Source: Desulfobacula sp. | Lineage (GTDB): Bacteria; Desulfobacterota; Desulfobacteria; Desulfobacterales; Desulfobacteraceae | Assembly (NCBI GenBank): GCA_018702715.1 | Contig: JABIYQ010000120.1 | Coordinates: 1 to 63,898, forward strand | Direction of reading: 5' to 3' | DNA length: 63,898 nucleotides | In this document: positions 28,994 to 39,071 of the stretch, piece after piece | Layout of the letters: each line of letters starts with the position of its first letter | How positions within the stretch are numbered: the stretch's first letter is position 1 | Notes under the pieces: generated by a model | Told to the model about the DNA's origin: nothing | What the model saw: only the letters and a program-made list of their open reading frames with translations | Database searches by the model: none | Position numbers and translations under genes: made by a program

Positions 28994-29443
28994 TCAATCG
29001 AACAACTTAAAGGCATCTGAGGGCGACTCTACAACTCTCTTGAGTTTCTCTTCCATATCCTTTTTCCAGGCCTGGTCCTTTTTCCTCCACGCCCCTTCTA
29101 TTTTTTCAACCAGATCATCTATTTCACAGGGTTTTGCGAGAAAATCGTATGCGCCCATACGGAGTGCTTCTATGGCAGATTCAACTGAACCGTGGCCCGT
29201 AAGTAGAAGTGTTTCAGTAAAAAGACCCAGGTTTTTGATCTTCTTTAAGGTAGCGATGCCATTCATTCCCGGCATTTTCAAATCAAGGACAATGACATCA
29301 AAATTCTCTTTTTCAAGAGCTTTTATGGCGCTTTCTCCGTTGTAAACGGCAGTAACCTTGTACTGTCTGTTTTGAAGCAGTTTGGCCATGTTGTCAGCAA
29401 ATATTTCTTCATCATCCACCAATAAAATTTTACTTCCTATCAT
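28994..29443 (-). CDS. Single-domain response regulator
   Basis: VDDE, 'VLDLKMPG', LTGHG, 'DFLAKPC'. Confidence 0.93.
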   Translation of the reverse strand: MIGSKILLVDDEEIFADNMAKLLQNRQYKVTAVYNGESAIKALEKENFDVIVLDLKMPGMNGIATLKKIKNLGLFTETLLLTGHGSVESAIEALRMGAYDFLAKPCEIDDLVEKIEGAWRKKDQAWKKDMEEKLKRVVESPSDAFKLFD

Positions 29444-29508
29444 GATGTATTCTCCTATAATTTATGTTTGTTAAAACAGTTAATGCTTCAGTACCTTTAT
29501 TATCAGGT

Positions 29509-31227
29509 TTAACCGTGTTTCATTAGATCCCCGGGTGGTTCAAACGGAAAGGTCAGAGTGAAGACAGTCCCTTTACCCATCTCACTTTGAATTTGAATGG
29601 TGCCGCCAAGTTGCTTTACGATGCTGTAACAAATGGAGAGTCCGAGGCCTGTGCCTTGTCCCACAGATTTTGTGGTGAAGAACGGATCAAAAATTTTCCC
29701 AATGTCTTTGGTTTTTATTCCGCTTCCCGTATCCTCCACTGTAATGTCGATGCCTTTGTTGTCAGTTGACAGGCAAGTGGATAGGGTTATCATGCCATGG
29801 CCTTTGTCTTTATGGGCATCTATTGCATTGTTGATAAAATTCAAGAACACCTGCTGGAGCTGTGACGGATCAGACAGGATGGGTGGAAGGCTGTCATCCA
29901 GCGAGGATGTGAACTCTATCCCGTCTGATCTGGCTTCCCTCTCCATAAGGGTGATCACTTCTATTAGAAAACGATTGATGTCCACAGTCTCGATGACAGA
30001 CCGGGTTCTGCGGGCAAACTTTAAAAGGTTTCTTGTAATATGTTTGCATCGAAGCACCTGTGTGCCTATCTGGTTAAGTGAATCGATAAATTGTTCTCCC
30101 AGGGTTTCATCTGTTATGGCCGTTCTTTTTTCTGCGTCTAACAGAAGCTGACGTTCGGTCATGATAATGGCCAGGGGATTGTTTATTTCATGTGCGACGC
30201 CTGCAGAAAGCTCTCCGATGGATGCCAGTTTTCCGGCCTCCATGAGCTGATTGTTCATCCCTTCAACCTCAAAGTCTCTTTTTTTGATAACAAAAATCAT
30301 ATGGCGGGTTATGAATATGGTAACAACAAGGATCATCAGTGCGCTAAAATGTAGTGATACCAGGGTTGCCCTGTTAGCATGCCCCACCTCCACAAAGAGT
30401 TCTTTCTCGTCAACGCTCACCACCAGGAGCCACTTTGGATCTTTCAGCCAGGTTTCGCAGACAATTTTTTTCCGGGTCTTCTCATCTTTGTCAAATGCTT
30501 CAAGAAACCTGAATTCCAAACCATCATGAATGTCACCTTCAAATGCCGGGGCCTGCATCATAATCTTTCCACCTGAACCGGGACTGGTCTGATAGATCCC
30601 CTGGCTGTTTAAAATATAGACTTCTCCGGTCCTGCCGATCCTTACATCCTCCACCAGGGAACAAAAACTGTCTGTATTGACAGTGGCTCTCAATATCCAG
30701 CGCCTTTTGTTTTCCTTTTTTATGACGGCCATTACAAAATGGGGTTCTTTCCTGAATCCCATAAACATGTCACTGGTATAACTTCCCTTTTCCATAACTT
30801 CTTTGAACCATAATGTGTTGGAATAGTTTTTATCTATCAGATCGTAAGGCCCCACATAAGCCAGGTGATCTCCATTTTCATCTATGATGCCGATATCGGT
30901 CAGGGTCCAGGAATCACTATTGACACTTTTTAAAATCTGGCTGAGATTATCATTCTTTGTCAGGGAGACTATTGAATGAGTACTGACGATGAAGTCGAGT
31001 TTGGCTCTGTTTTCCTTCAGGAAAAGTTCTATAATTTTCTTGTGGTACTCCACTCTGGTCTCAAGTGTTTTCATCATCCGTTCCTTGGCAAACCTTGAGT
31101 AATGGATATTGATTGCCCATCCGGCAAGGAGAAGGGGAACAAGAGAGCAGATCATGGTGAGAACAATAAACCTGCGGAAGAGACGGGAATACTGTTTATT
31201 TTTTCTGGTTTCAAGGTCTTGATCCAT
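29509..31227 (-). CDS. Cache-type sensor histidine kinase
   Basis: Paralog of 25613; 'GVAHEINNPL', 'NNAIDA', 'DTGSGI', 'GTGLGL'; ATG 31227 follows AAGGAGG. Confidence 0.94.
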   Translation of the reverse strand: MDQDLETRKNKQYSRLFRRFIVLTMICSLVPLLLAGWAINIHYSRFAKERMMKTLETRVEYHKKIIELFLKENRAKLDFIVSTHSIVSLTKNDNLSQILKSVNSDSWTLTDIGIIDENGDHLAYVGPYDLIDKNYSNTLWFKEVMEKGSYTSDMFMGFRKEPHFVMAVIKKENKRRWILRATVNTDSFCSLVEDVRIGRTGEVYILNSQGIYQTSPGSGGKIMMQAPAFEGDIHDGLEFRFLEAFDKDEKTRKKIVCETWLKDPKWLLVVSVDEKELFVEVGHANRATLVSLHFSALMILVVTIFITRHMIFVIKKRDFEVEGMNNQLMEAGKLASIGELSAGVAHEINNPLAIIMTERQLLLDAEKRTAITDETLGEQFIDSLNQIGTQVLRCKHITRNLLKFARRTRSVIETVDINRFLIEVITLMEREARSDGIEFTSSLDDSLPPILSDPSQLQQVFLNFINNAIDAHKDKGHGMITLSTCLSTDNKGIDITVEDTGSGIKTKDIGKIFDPFFTTKSVGQGTGLGLSICYSIVKQLGGTIQIQSEMGKGTVFTLTFPFEPPGDLMKHG

Positions 31228-31314
31228 GCTGCCTCCTTTATGTGCGGGTTTGGATACGTTTATGTGTGCAGTTAAAAATTTGTACCAATCCACACTGCGT
31301 TTATGGATAGATTA

Positions 31315-31329
31315 TCAATAAGTATGCCA
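31315..31329 (-). promoter_or_regulatory. Sigma54 -24/-12 promoter (operon 31227 to 27561)
   Basis: TGGCATACTTATTGA. Confidence 0.68.
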
Positions 31330-31535
31330 AAGGGTTTTCTCTTGTTTATGTTTTATTAACTATCTGAAATTTAAGCGTTTATTTTGAAACTATAGGAATA
31401 AAAAAATGAATGGCTTTAAAGGGTTGTCATCGGAGAGGAGACAGGGGTGGAAATTGCCATATGACAGATTGGCTGGTTTTTAAAATTATCTTTTTAAAAT
31501 ATGTTTTAATTATGCTTGTTTTGCAACATTAGGGT

Positions 31536-33899
31536 TTAAAGAACCTGCCAGTACTTTTTATGGATTTTAATGACCTTTTTGAGGTTTGCCAGACGGCTGA
31601 GGTCGCTTGTGCGGATACGATCTATCTTTTCCTGGTTTACTTCCTGAACATTGCAGATTTCTTTCATGACAGCAAGGCCGCATTCCTGAATACCTTTTAT
31701 ACTATACCCCCCTTCCATGACAAAGGCCATCTTCCCTCTTGTAGAATGTTCGGCTATCTCGAGGAGAAGGGCGGTTATCTGGGCGTAACCGTTTGGTGTC
31801 ACTTTCATGCCTGCCAGGCGGTCGTGAATATAAAGGTCAAACCCGAAAGAAACAAGAATCATTTGGGGCTTGTACTCCTGTGCAACAGGCCCTGCAATGA
31901 AATACAGAGCCCTTCCGATGTCCCTTGCCCGGCTTCCTTTTTCCAAGGGAATGTTAATGGTGAAGCCTTCTCCCTTGCCCTTTCCAGTATCTTCAACCCT
32001 GCCTGTTCCGGGATAAGAGTTTGACTCATGAATTGAGATAAAAAGAACTTCATCCGTGTCATAAAAAACTTTTTGTGTACCATTACCATGATGAGCATCG
32101 ATATCGATTATCATCAGCTTTGAAACCTTGTACCTGTGTTTCAAATACCTTGCGCCCAGGGCAATGTTGTTGAAAATACAAAATCCCATACCCTTTCCAG
32201 GACCGGCATGATGGCCCGGAGGTCTTATAAATGCAAAACCTCTTTGTGATCTGCCTTGTATTATCTCATCAACCAGAGAAAAAACACCGCCTGCCGCAAG
32301 TCTGGCCGTTGACCATGATTCTTCCGTGGTCTGGGTGTCAAAATCAAGAGAAGAAAGACTTTTCCCGGCTGTTTTTGCAACTTGCTCAACATACTCAAAT
32401 GTGTGCACCCATGCCAGTTCATCTTTCCTGGCAAAGCGGGGCACAATTTTAGACCATTTTCCAACCAGGCATCTGTTTTCCAGTAGATTCTCGATTATTT
32501 TTATACGCTTGTAATTTTCAAGATGTGTAACCCCCATGAGATGATTTTGGTATCTTTGATCAATTACAACGGCAACGGGAAGGGGAATTGATTTTTCATC
32601 ATGATCCGTTTCCACCCGGCCAAAGGCTTTTGCAAGGGCAAGCAGCACTTCTCCCTCTGGAATACTGCCGGCATTTTTAAGGAGTAACCGCACCGTTGTA
32701 CGGCCTAAAAGATTTGAACTGGCAGGATGAAGCGCTATTTTTATGAATGCAAGGGCGCTCTTGCACTGTCTGTTTGCATTTTTTCTTTGTTTGAGAAATT
32801 TTATTTGTCCGGGAATTTTTTTGCATAAAAGATTCGTGATGGAGGGGTGTGTATGTGTTGAGAATGCTTCCATTGCCGCTATTGTAGTTAAAAGACTCCC
32901 CTCTGGAGATTGAAGTATGTATCTATGCGGTCCCCTGGCGTGGAATCCAATGGATTCGTAAAATCCTTTTGATTCAATTTCTGATTCAAGCATGATCTCT
33001 TTTACATCAGGAAAGTGGCTTTTACAGAGCATCCAGACGCCTGCCATGATAAAAGACCCTGCACCTTTGACAAGATAAGGGTCGCTTTGGGAACCGGATC
33101 TTCTGCGGGTTGCAATATATTTTACTTCAATTCCCTTGTAAAATAGTTTTCTTATTGTTTCCAGGAAAACCAATCCCTGTAACTTTTTTTTTGCAATACA
33201 GGCAAAGATAAAGCTGTCAGTGCCTGATATCAGGCAGTTTAAGAGGAAGCGGATGTGGAAAAATTCCAGATTGAGACGGGCAGCCTGATAAAGGCTTTCC
33301 CGGGAGAACGGGAACCCCACGAAGAAGGCTCTTGTATAATCGCTTATTACCCCTTGGAAAAGTATTCGGGGATCATCCTCAGACGTATTGAAATCATTTT
33401 GGTCGGTGCAGCAGTTTTTTATCTCTTCAAGTCGTTTGAGTCGTTGCTTAAGCAGATTGACCAAAGGACTTTCACTGGCCTTGTTTTCTTTTTGAAGCAT
33501 TGCTGAGATCTGTTGTTCAAGTTGTTCAGAAGCCAGATCGATTTCATAATTGAGCATTAGTGAAAGGCCTGCTGTATCGGTTTTAAGCGCATGCTTTCCA
33601 GGCGTTGCTGTGGGTTCCCTGTGGAGCAGGTTGCTCTTTTCGGCTATTTCTCCATAATGAATAAGCAATGCCTGTTCAATTGGCGGCGTACCGCTGATGA
33701 AAAGCTGGACCTTGTTGACCCATACTTTTTTGTTGCCAAAAAAAAAGTATGGGCTTTTTTCGTCCCGGGCTTCTTGTGCAGAAGGTACATCTATCCTTCC
33801 CTTCCCCAACATGGTATTCATGGTATAGGCAATTTCAGGTGCTCTTTTAGCGATAGCATCTATGGCCTGTTTGATATTTTCCCGTGTCAGCATCATCAA
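31536..33899 (-). CDS. GNAT-like domain fused to a Zn-dependent deacetylase (HDAC/AcuC family)
   Basis: C-terminal HDAC motifs RPPGHHA, GFCIFNN, DIDAHHGNGTQ, YPGTG, GFD, EGGY; central GNAT-like 'EVKYIAT...KGAGSFIM...IMLES...GFYESIGF'. Confidence 0.85.
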   Translation of the reverse strand: MMMLTRENIKQAIDAIAKRAPEIAYTMNTMLGKGRIDVPSAQEARDEKSPYFFFGNKKVWVNKVQLFISGTPPIEQALLIHYGEIAEKSNLLHREPTATPGKHALKTDTAGLSLMLNYEIDLASEQLEQQISAMLQKENKASESPLVNLLKQRLKRLEEIKNCCTDQNDFNTSEDDPRILFQGVISDYTRAFFVGFPFSRESLYQAARLNLEFFHIRFLLNCLISGTDSFIFACIAKKKLQGLVFLETIRKLFYKGIEVKYIATRRRSGSQSDPYLVKGAGSFIMAGVWMLCKSHFPDVKEIMLESEIESKGFYESIGFHARGPHRYILQSPEGSLLTTIAAMEAFSTHTHPSITNLLCKKIPGQIKFLKQRKNANRQCKSALAFIKIALHPASSNLLGRTTVRLLLKNAGSIPEGEVLLALAKAFGRVETDHDEKSIPLPVAVVIDQRYQNHLMGVTHLENYKRIKIIENLLENRCLVGKWSKIVPRFARKDELAWVHTFEYVEQVAKTAGKSLSSLDFDTQTTEESWSTARLAAGGVFSLVDEIIQGRSQRGFAFIRPPGHHAGPGKGMGFCIFNNIALGARYLKHRYKVSKLMIIDIDAHHGNGTQKVFYDTDEVLFISIHESNSYPGTGRVEDTGKGKGEGFTINIPLEKGSRARDIGRALYFIAGPVAQEYKPQMILVSFGFDLYIHDRLAGMKVTPNGYAQITALLLEIAEHSTRGKMAFVMEGGYSIKGIQECGLAVMKEICNVQEVNQEKIDRIRTSDLSRLANLKKVIKIHKKYWQVL

Positions 33900-33901
33900 T
33901 C

Positions 33902-35578
33902 CTAAATCACGAGATTTGAACCTGAAAATTCCTCCATAAAATTTCTTGGTACCCGAACTTCAAATATTGCACCCTGTTCTTCTCCATTTCTGACGGATAT
34001 TTTTCCGCCAATTCTTTCTATGTTGAACCGGCTGATTGCCAGGCCCAATCCCCAATCTCCCCGATCCGTCAAATACTGGGAATCAAAAATGTAATTCTTA
34101 TCCACATTGTTCAGAACAGGCCCGTCATCAGAGATCAAGATCACAATTATATTTTCCTTTAAAAATGTGGATACGCATATGTTACCATTAGTACCTATAA
34201 CATCTGCAGCATTCAATAAAAGATTTAAAAAAATGTGACAAAGTGCAGCAGTGTCGCTTCTGACATAGGGCAATCGGTCTTGAAAATTTAAACGTATTTG
34301 AATATTTTTTTCAATCAGATGTGTCTTTAAAAAATCAATGACCCGGTTTAAAATGGTGTGAACGTATACATCCATGATAACTGTATCTTTTGGTCCGGTA
34401 AACTTGATAAACTTGTCTATAAGATTTCGACCCCTTATGGATTCCGAAAAAATCTGTTCTGCCATTACATCGGTCTGATTTGAGTTTTCCGGTCCAGTCT
34501 GCTCTTTCATCAGTGTGGCAGTGACGTGAATATTGGACAGGATATCATTTAGATCACTGAAAACACCCCTTGACAATTTCATGGATGATGCAAGAAAGAC
34601 GGTTCTCCTCAACCGGTTGTCCATGCGCCGGTTATTTTTTCTTTTTTCTTCCAGCATTGACACCAGGCTGTCTGTTGTAAGGAGGATGGCAAGTATGATT
34701 AGAAATCCTCCCAGAAAAAAGACAAAAAGCACTATGTTCCTCACTTTTCTTAAATCCTCAAAAAGTGCCCTTTTATCAACACTCACAACACAGAGCCAGG
34801 GAACAGTCTCTAGCCAGATCGTTAAAGTTAAGGTTGATTCTTTTTCATCAACTTGTGCGCCCTTGAATCGGCCAAGGGGTGAAATCTGTGATTTCATCAT
34901 CAGGTCGCCACCTTTTCTCGGATTTGTCTGGAAGTCTCCTTTGCTGTTGATAAGATAGGCATCCCCTTTCTTGTTTCCCACCACCCGGGTGACAATGTTA
35001 TCGAAAAGACCTGACATGATTGTGGCTCGTACGATCCAGCTATTCTCCCCCTCATTTTGTCTCACAGCTATAATGAAATGAGGATCGTTCCTGAAACCTT
35101 TAAAAACGTCACTGACATATACGCCTTGATTCATAACAGCTTTGAACCATAAGGTGTCCCTATAATTTTTAGTCATAAGATCATATGGCCCTTTATAGGA
35201 AAGATGATCTCCATTTGGCCCTATTATACCAAGATCCAGAAAACAGGGCAGATCCTTCTGAAGCGTGGAAAGGACCTGTTCAATCTTACCTTTTGATATC
35301 ATTTTTGACAGACTGTTATTTCCTGAGATAAGTTTCAGGTCTCTTAACCGTTCTGTCAAAAAGGAATCAATGTCCCTTTTATGGGAAATAACTTCTGCCT
35401 GAAGCGCTGCCATTGTTTTGTATTTAATTGTCCCGGCAAGGTAAAAATACATGCCGCCTCCGATTACAACAAGGGGAAGAAAGGCTGAAGCGGCAAGAAT
35501 TGCGACCACTTTTTTCCATACCTTTCTGTAGTAAGGAAAATCCCGTATTGCCGATATGGTAAAAGATCTGTCAGGCAT
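33902..35578 (-). CDS. Cache-type pseudo-histidine kinase (phosphoacceptor His absent)
   Basis: Sensor domain paralogous to 25613/29509/60927; H-box reads 'RGVFSDLNDIL' instead of 'AGVAHEINNPL'; G1 'DDGPVL', F-box 'FDSQYLTD'. ATG 35578 after GGAGG. Confidence 0.85.
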   Translation of the reverse strand: MPDRSFTISAIRDFPYYRKVWKKVVAILAASAFLPLVVIGGGMYFYLAGTIKYKTMAALQAEVISHKRDIDSFLTERLRDLKLISGNNSLSKMISKGKIEQVLSTLQKDLPCFLDLGIIGPNGDHLSYKGPYDLMTKNYRDTLWFKAVMNQGVYVSDVFKGFRNDPHFIIAVRQNEGENSWIVRATIMSGLFDNIVTRVVGNKKGDAYLINSKGDFQTNPRKGGDLMMKSQISPLGRFKGAQVDEKESTLTLTIWLETVPWLCVVSVDKRALFEDLRKVRNIVLFVFFLGGFLIILAILLTTDSLVSMLEEKRKNNRRMDNRLRRTVFLASSMKLSRGVFSDLNDILSNIHVTATLMKEQTGPENSNQTDVMAEQIFSESIRGRNLIDKFIKFTGPKDTVIMDVYVHTILNRVIDFLKTHLIEKNIQIRLNFQDRLPYVRSDTAALCHIFLNLLLNAADVIGTNGNICVSTFLKENIIVILISDDGPVLNNVDKNYIFDSQYLTDRGDWGLGLAISRFNIERIGGKISVRNGEEQGAIFEVRVPRNFMEEFSGSNLVI

Positions 35579-35683
35579 GCCCTGCACCTCCCGATGATGA
35601 AGGATTTAAAGGTCTTTTAATCCCTTTATATAAAAAATTGATAACCTTTTAATCACGTGAAATCAAAGAAACAAATAGTTTTA

Positions 35684-36193
35684 TCAGCCATACATGATAA
35701 TGACACAGAACAGCAGGGCAGCAACCCACACTGTGTGGCTTACCACACCCTTTTTGACGGGATTAAAACGGGCATCAAAACAGTTATGCCCGTTTACACA
35801 TTTAAACCGGACACTTTTGTTTTTGTCTATATTTTTTTTGTTGCCATAATTTATTTTGATTCGTTTGGTGGAAGCCCCGCAAACAATTCCTTCCTGGTTT
35901 TTCCTCATACATGTCAACCTTGAGGCGATCATGAAGCTGACCAGATTAAAGATGTGGTTCCATGTCAGTGCCATGATGAAAAAAGACAGGAAAAACATCA
36001 GCATATGAACTTTTGTAACCCCCATGGCCGCCAGAGAGGCTCCGATGTTTCCCGGCGTAAGTGGTCCTTGCACATTACCAAAAAGTCCAAGATAATATAG
36101 AAAAAATGATGCACCCATTACAATCAGTGACAACCCAACGCTCTGTGCACGTTTCCGGAAGTAGTCGTTCTTTGTGAATGTGTTGCCGTTCAT
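35684..36193 (-). CDS. Hypothetical 3-TM membrane protein with a Cys/His-rich loop
   Basis: AGGAG RBS; loop 'LTC...IVCG...FKCVNGHNC'. Confidence 0.7.
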   Translation of the reverse strand: MNGNTFTKNDYFRKRAQSVGLSLIVMGASFFLYYLGLFGNVQGPLTPGNIGASLAAMGVTKVHMLMFFLSFFIMALTWNHIFNLVSFMIASRLTCMRKNQEGIVCGASTKRIKINYGNKKNIDKNKSVRFKCVNGHNCFDARFNPVKKGVVSHTVWVAALLFCVIIMYG

Positions 36194-36246
36194 ATCACAT
36201 CTCCTTTTAAAAAATACTTTAATTTCCCATAACGGCTAATTATCTT

Positions 36247-36268
36247 CCCTCCCCGTTTCCGGGGAGGG
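36247..36268. terminator. GC-rich hairpin after the TSUP gene
   Basis: CCCTCCCCG-TTTC-CGGGGAGGG. Confidence 0.5.
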
Positions 36269-36325
36269 CATTATATTAAACAGATATGAGACTCAATAGA
36301 TTTCCATATCCGCATTGGACTTTCA

Positions 36326-37369
36326 TCAACCGCCAGCCAGTTTCTTGTAGATGCTGGGAACTATCTTGTAGAAGCAAATGGCTGCTACAACAAGGCAGTA
36401 ACCCGGCACAACGATTTTCCATAGCTTTTCAGGAAAAACCCTTGTCATATAAGGTGCTGCAATGGCAGAAAACATGGTTGCAAGCATAAAGGAAGGCAGC
36501 ATGATATAGTCTATCTGAACACCGCTTGTCAAAAGGCCCAGCCATATAATAATAGCAAAAGTGCTGACGGTTCCTTCACAGATTGCAGTTACGGCAAGCA
36601 TACTTTTAACCGGCACGCCGGACAAAAGACCGCCGATGGTAACAACAGGACCGTACCCGCCGCCGCCAACGCCCTTGTTAAATCCTGCCAGGGCTGCAAA
36701 ACCAATCATTTTATTGGGTTTGTAGGGCCTGTCTTTTTTAGCGCTCCAGAGCGATACGACACCCATCATCACGAGCAGGATTGCCACATAGAGTTTGATC
36801 CAGACTTTATCGATGGGGAAATACTTGTAAATACCGATGATGGAACATGATACTGCAATACACCCCGTCACCGCTATGATAATCCAGAGTTTTACGGTTT
36901 CAGACATGGGGGAAAATTTCCACTCCACGTTTTCAAATTCCCTGTGAAGAAAGGCACCCACAAGACCAGCCATACCCTGTTGAATCATGACAGCCGGTAC
37001 GATCTGTTTGGGATCAAATCCCAGTACAAGCAGGATGGGGGTTAAAGCCGTTCCAAATCCCATGCCTGCAGATGCATCCATGAATTCAAAAAATGCCGCT
37101 AAACCGACCACACTCCATATAATCATCCAGTCATTTCCCTGGAGCCCATTGGCAATTGTCCAGTCAGACTGTATCCTTACCGTGGCTTCAAAGGGATTTC
37201 CCGCAAGCCAGACACCTAACAGAAAAACCAGGAAAAAGACAAATATGCCTCCCAGGGCAGCACGAATATGACGCCACTCCGGGATAAAACGCTCTACAAT
37301 GGTTTGTTTTTCTTTTTCCAGGTCATGGGCCACTTCAAAACCGGTTATTTTTTTTTTAGCTTTTTCCAT
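36326..37369 (-). CDS. TSUP (TauE/SafE) family sulfur-oxyanion transporter
   Basis: Two Gly-rich repeats 'DASAGMGFGTALTPIL' and 'KGVGGGGYGPVV'; about 9 TMs. Confidence 0.88.
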   Translation of the reverse strand: MEKAKKKITGFEVAHDLEKEKQTIVERFIPEWRHIRAALGGIFVFFLVFLLGVWLAGNPFEATVRIQSDWTIANGLQGNDWMIIWSVVGLAAFFEFMDASAGMGFGTALTPILLVLGFDPKQIVPAVMIQQGMAGLVGAFLHREFENVEWKFSPMSETVKLWIIIAVTGCIAVSCSIIGIYKYFPIDKVWIKLYVAILLVMMGVVSLWSAKKDRPYKPNKMIGFAALAGFNKGVGGGGYGPVVTIGGLLSGVPVKSMLAVTAICEGTVSTFAIIIWLGLLTSGVQIDYIMLPSFMLATMFSAIAAPYMTRVFPEKLWKIVVPGYCLVVAAICFYKIVPSIYKKLAGG

Positions 37370-37459
37370 ACTGTTTCTCCTTTATCTGTAATTAAGATCT
37401 ATTTGAGAATCCCGACCGTTTGTTTCCTTGTCAGTCGTCTTTTGTATGAATAGGGCATT

Positions 37460-37474
37460 ACAAAAAATATGCCA
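37460..37474 (-). promoter_or_regulatory. Sigma54 -24/-12 promoter (TSUP operon)
   Basis: TGGCATATTTTTTGT; consensus IHF site AATCAAAGTGTTA at 37502-37514 (minus strand). Confidence 0.68.
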
Positions 37475-37646
37475 AAATAAAATATGAACAAAATTAATAG
37501 CTAACACTTTGATTATGCAGGCTAAATATCCAAAAAAAATCGACCTGCATCCAGATGATGTCGGCCGGTAAAACCTGGGAGTGGACAATTGTAAATCTTA
37601 GCTGTCACTTCCTGGTTGACAATATTTTTTATGCCTATCTTTGTTT

Positions 37647-39062
37647 TTACTCTCTGAAATCATTGGCCTCTATCAGCGATTCTTTCATTAGCCGATGGAG
37701 ATATTGTCTCTGTATCCCCGCAATTTGCGCTGCCTTGCTGATGTTTCCGTGGCTTCCCTCTAATAAGGTCCTGATATAGTGTTCGTGGAAAAGCTGGATG
37801 TTTTCTTCTTTGGCATTTTTGAAATTCATAATGGAATTTCCCCCGTTCAACTCAGGGTTCAAACCGGAGTTCAATTGGGGCATGAAACTTTTTTCCGGGC
37901 CGGAAAGGCCCAGATCGGAGAGGGTCAGCGTATCTCCGGTACAAAAAATTATTCCCCGTTCAATGACATTTTCAAGTTCACGTACATTGCCGGGAAATTG
38001 TCTTGCTGTAAGCGCCTGTATGGCAGTGGGTGCTATCCCCTTAATTTTCTTTCCGTTCAATACACAATGTTTGTTGAGAAAGTGGTAGCAAAGTAGCGGA
38101 ATATCCTCGGCTCTGTCCCTTAGGGGAGGTATTTCTAAACGGATGACGTTCAGGCGGTAAAACAGATCCTCCCGGAATGTATTTTCCCTTATGGCCTGCT
38201 CAAGATTTTTGTTTGTTGCCGCAATGAACCGCAGGTCTGCCTTTTTGGTTATTACGCTTCCTACTGGTCTGTATTCCCCTTCCTGAAGCAGCCTGAGAAT
38301 ACTTGTCTGGAGGCCGAGCTTCAGGTCTCCGATCTCATCGAGAAAAAGGGTGCCTCCGTTTGCCTCTTCAACCAGTCCCCTCTTGTCTGTGGTTGCGCCT
38401 GTAAATGCACCCTTCACATGTCCGAACAACTCACTTTCGATCATATTCTCCAGAATTGCCGTACAGTTTATGGTAACCATTTTTTTTGACCTTCTATTGC
38501 TGTTCTGATGGACAGCTCTTGCCACAAGCTCTTTGCCCGTTCCCGTGGGACCGGTTATAAGAACGGTTCCAGATGTGGGAGCAGCCTTGCGGATATGGTC
38601 AAAAACTTTTGCCATGGTAGTTGTCGAGCCGATTATGGCAAGGTCATTCTTTTTTTCCAGGGCTTTGCGCAGTTTCCTGTTCTCCCGGACGACCTTCTGC
38701 CATTTCATGACCTTGTCAAGTGTTAAAAGAAGCCTTTCCCTGCGGAAAGGCTTTGTCAGATAGTCATCTGCTCCTTTTTGAGTTGCTTCCACGGCAGTCT
38801 CTATTGTGGCATAGGCAGTGAGGATAATGACGGACACGTCGGACCGGATCTCTTTTATCTTTTCCATCAGGCTGATCCCGGACATACAAGGCATTTTCAG
38901 GTCTGTCATCACAAGGTCAAAATCTTCTGCTTTGAATATTTCAAGGGCCTTTTCAGGGTTGCTCTGTGTGACAGTCTCATAATGGGTATCTTCTGAAATA
39001 ATCCTGTCAAGCAGTGTCAGCATATCTTTTTCGTCATCAACTATTAAAATACGTCCGTTCAT
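37647..39062 (-). CDS. Sigma54-dependent response regulator (REC-AAA+-HTH), EBP2
   Basis: 'MTDLKMP', [20 protein letters not shown], 'FPGNVREL', '[17 protein letters not shown]'. Confidence 0.96.
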   Translation of the reverse strand: MNGRILIVDDEKDMLTLLDRIISEDTHYETVTQSNPEKALEIFKAEDFDLVMTDLKMPCMSGISLMEKIKEIRSDVSVIILTAYATIETAVEATQKGADDYLTKPFRRERLLLTLDKVMKWQKVVRENRKLRKALEKKNDLAIIGSTTTMAKVFDHIRKAAPTSGTVLITGPTGTGKELVARAVHQNSNRRSKKMVTINCTAILENMIESELFGHVKGAFTGATTDKRGLVEEANGGTLFLDEIGDLKLGLQTSILRLLQEGEYRPVGSVITKKADLRFIAATNKNLEQAIRENTFREDLFYRLNVIRLEIPPLRDRAEDIPLLCYHFLNKHCVLNGKKIKGIAPTAIQALTARQFPGNVRELENVIERGIIFCTGDTLTLSDLGLSGPEKSFMPQLNSGLNPELNGGNSIMNFKNAKEENIQLFHEHYIRTLLEGSHGNISKAAQIAGIQRQYLHRLMKESLIEANDFRE

Positions 39063-39071
39063 TCTTCCTCC

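Noticed and set aside
37382-37588. Intergenic ORFs 37382-37588 and 51323-51598
   Set aside because: They run across sigma54 promoter, IHF and enhancer-like motifs and show no protein-like features.
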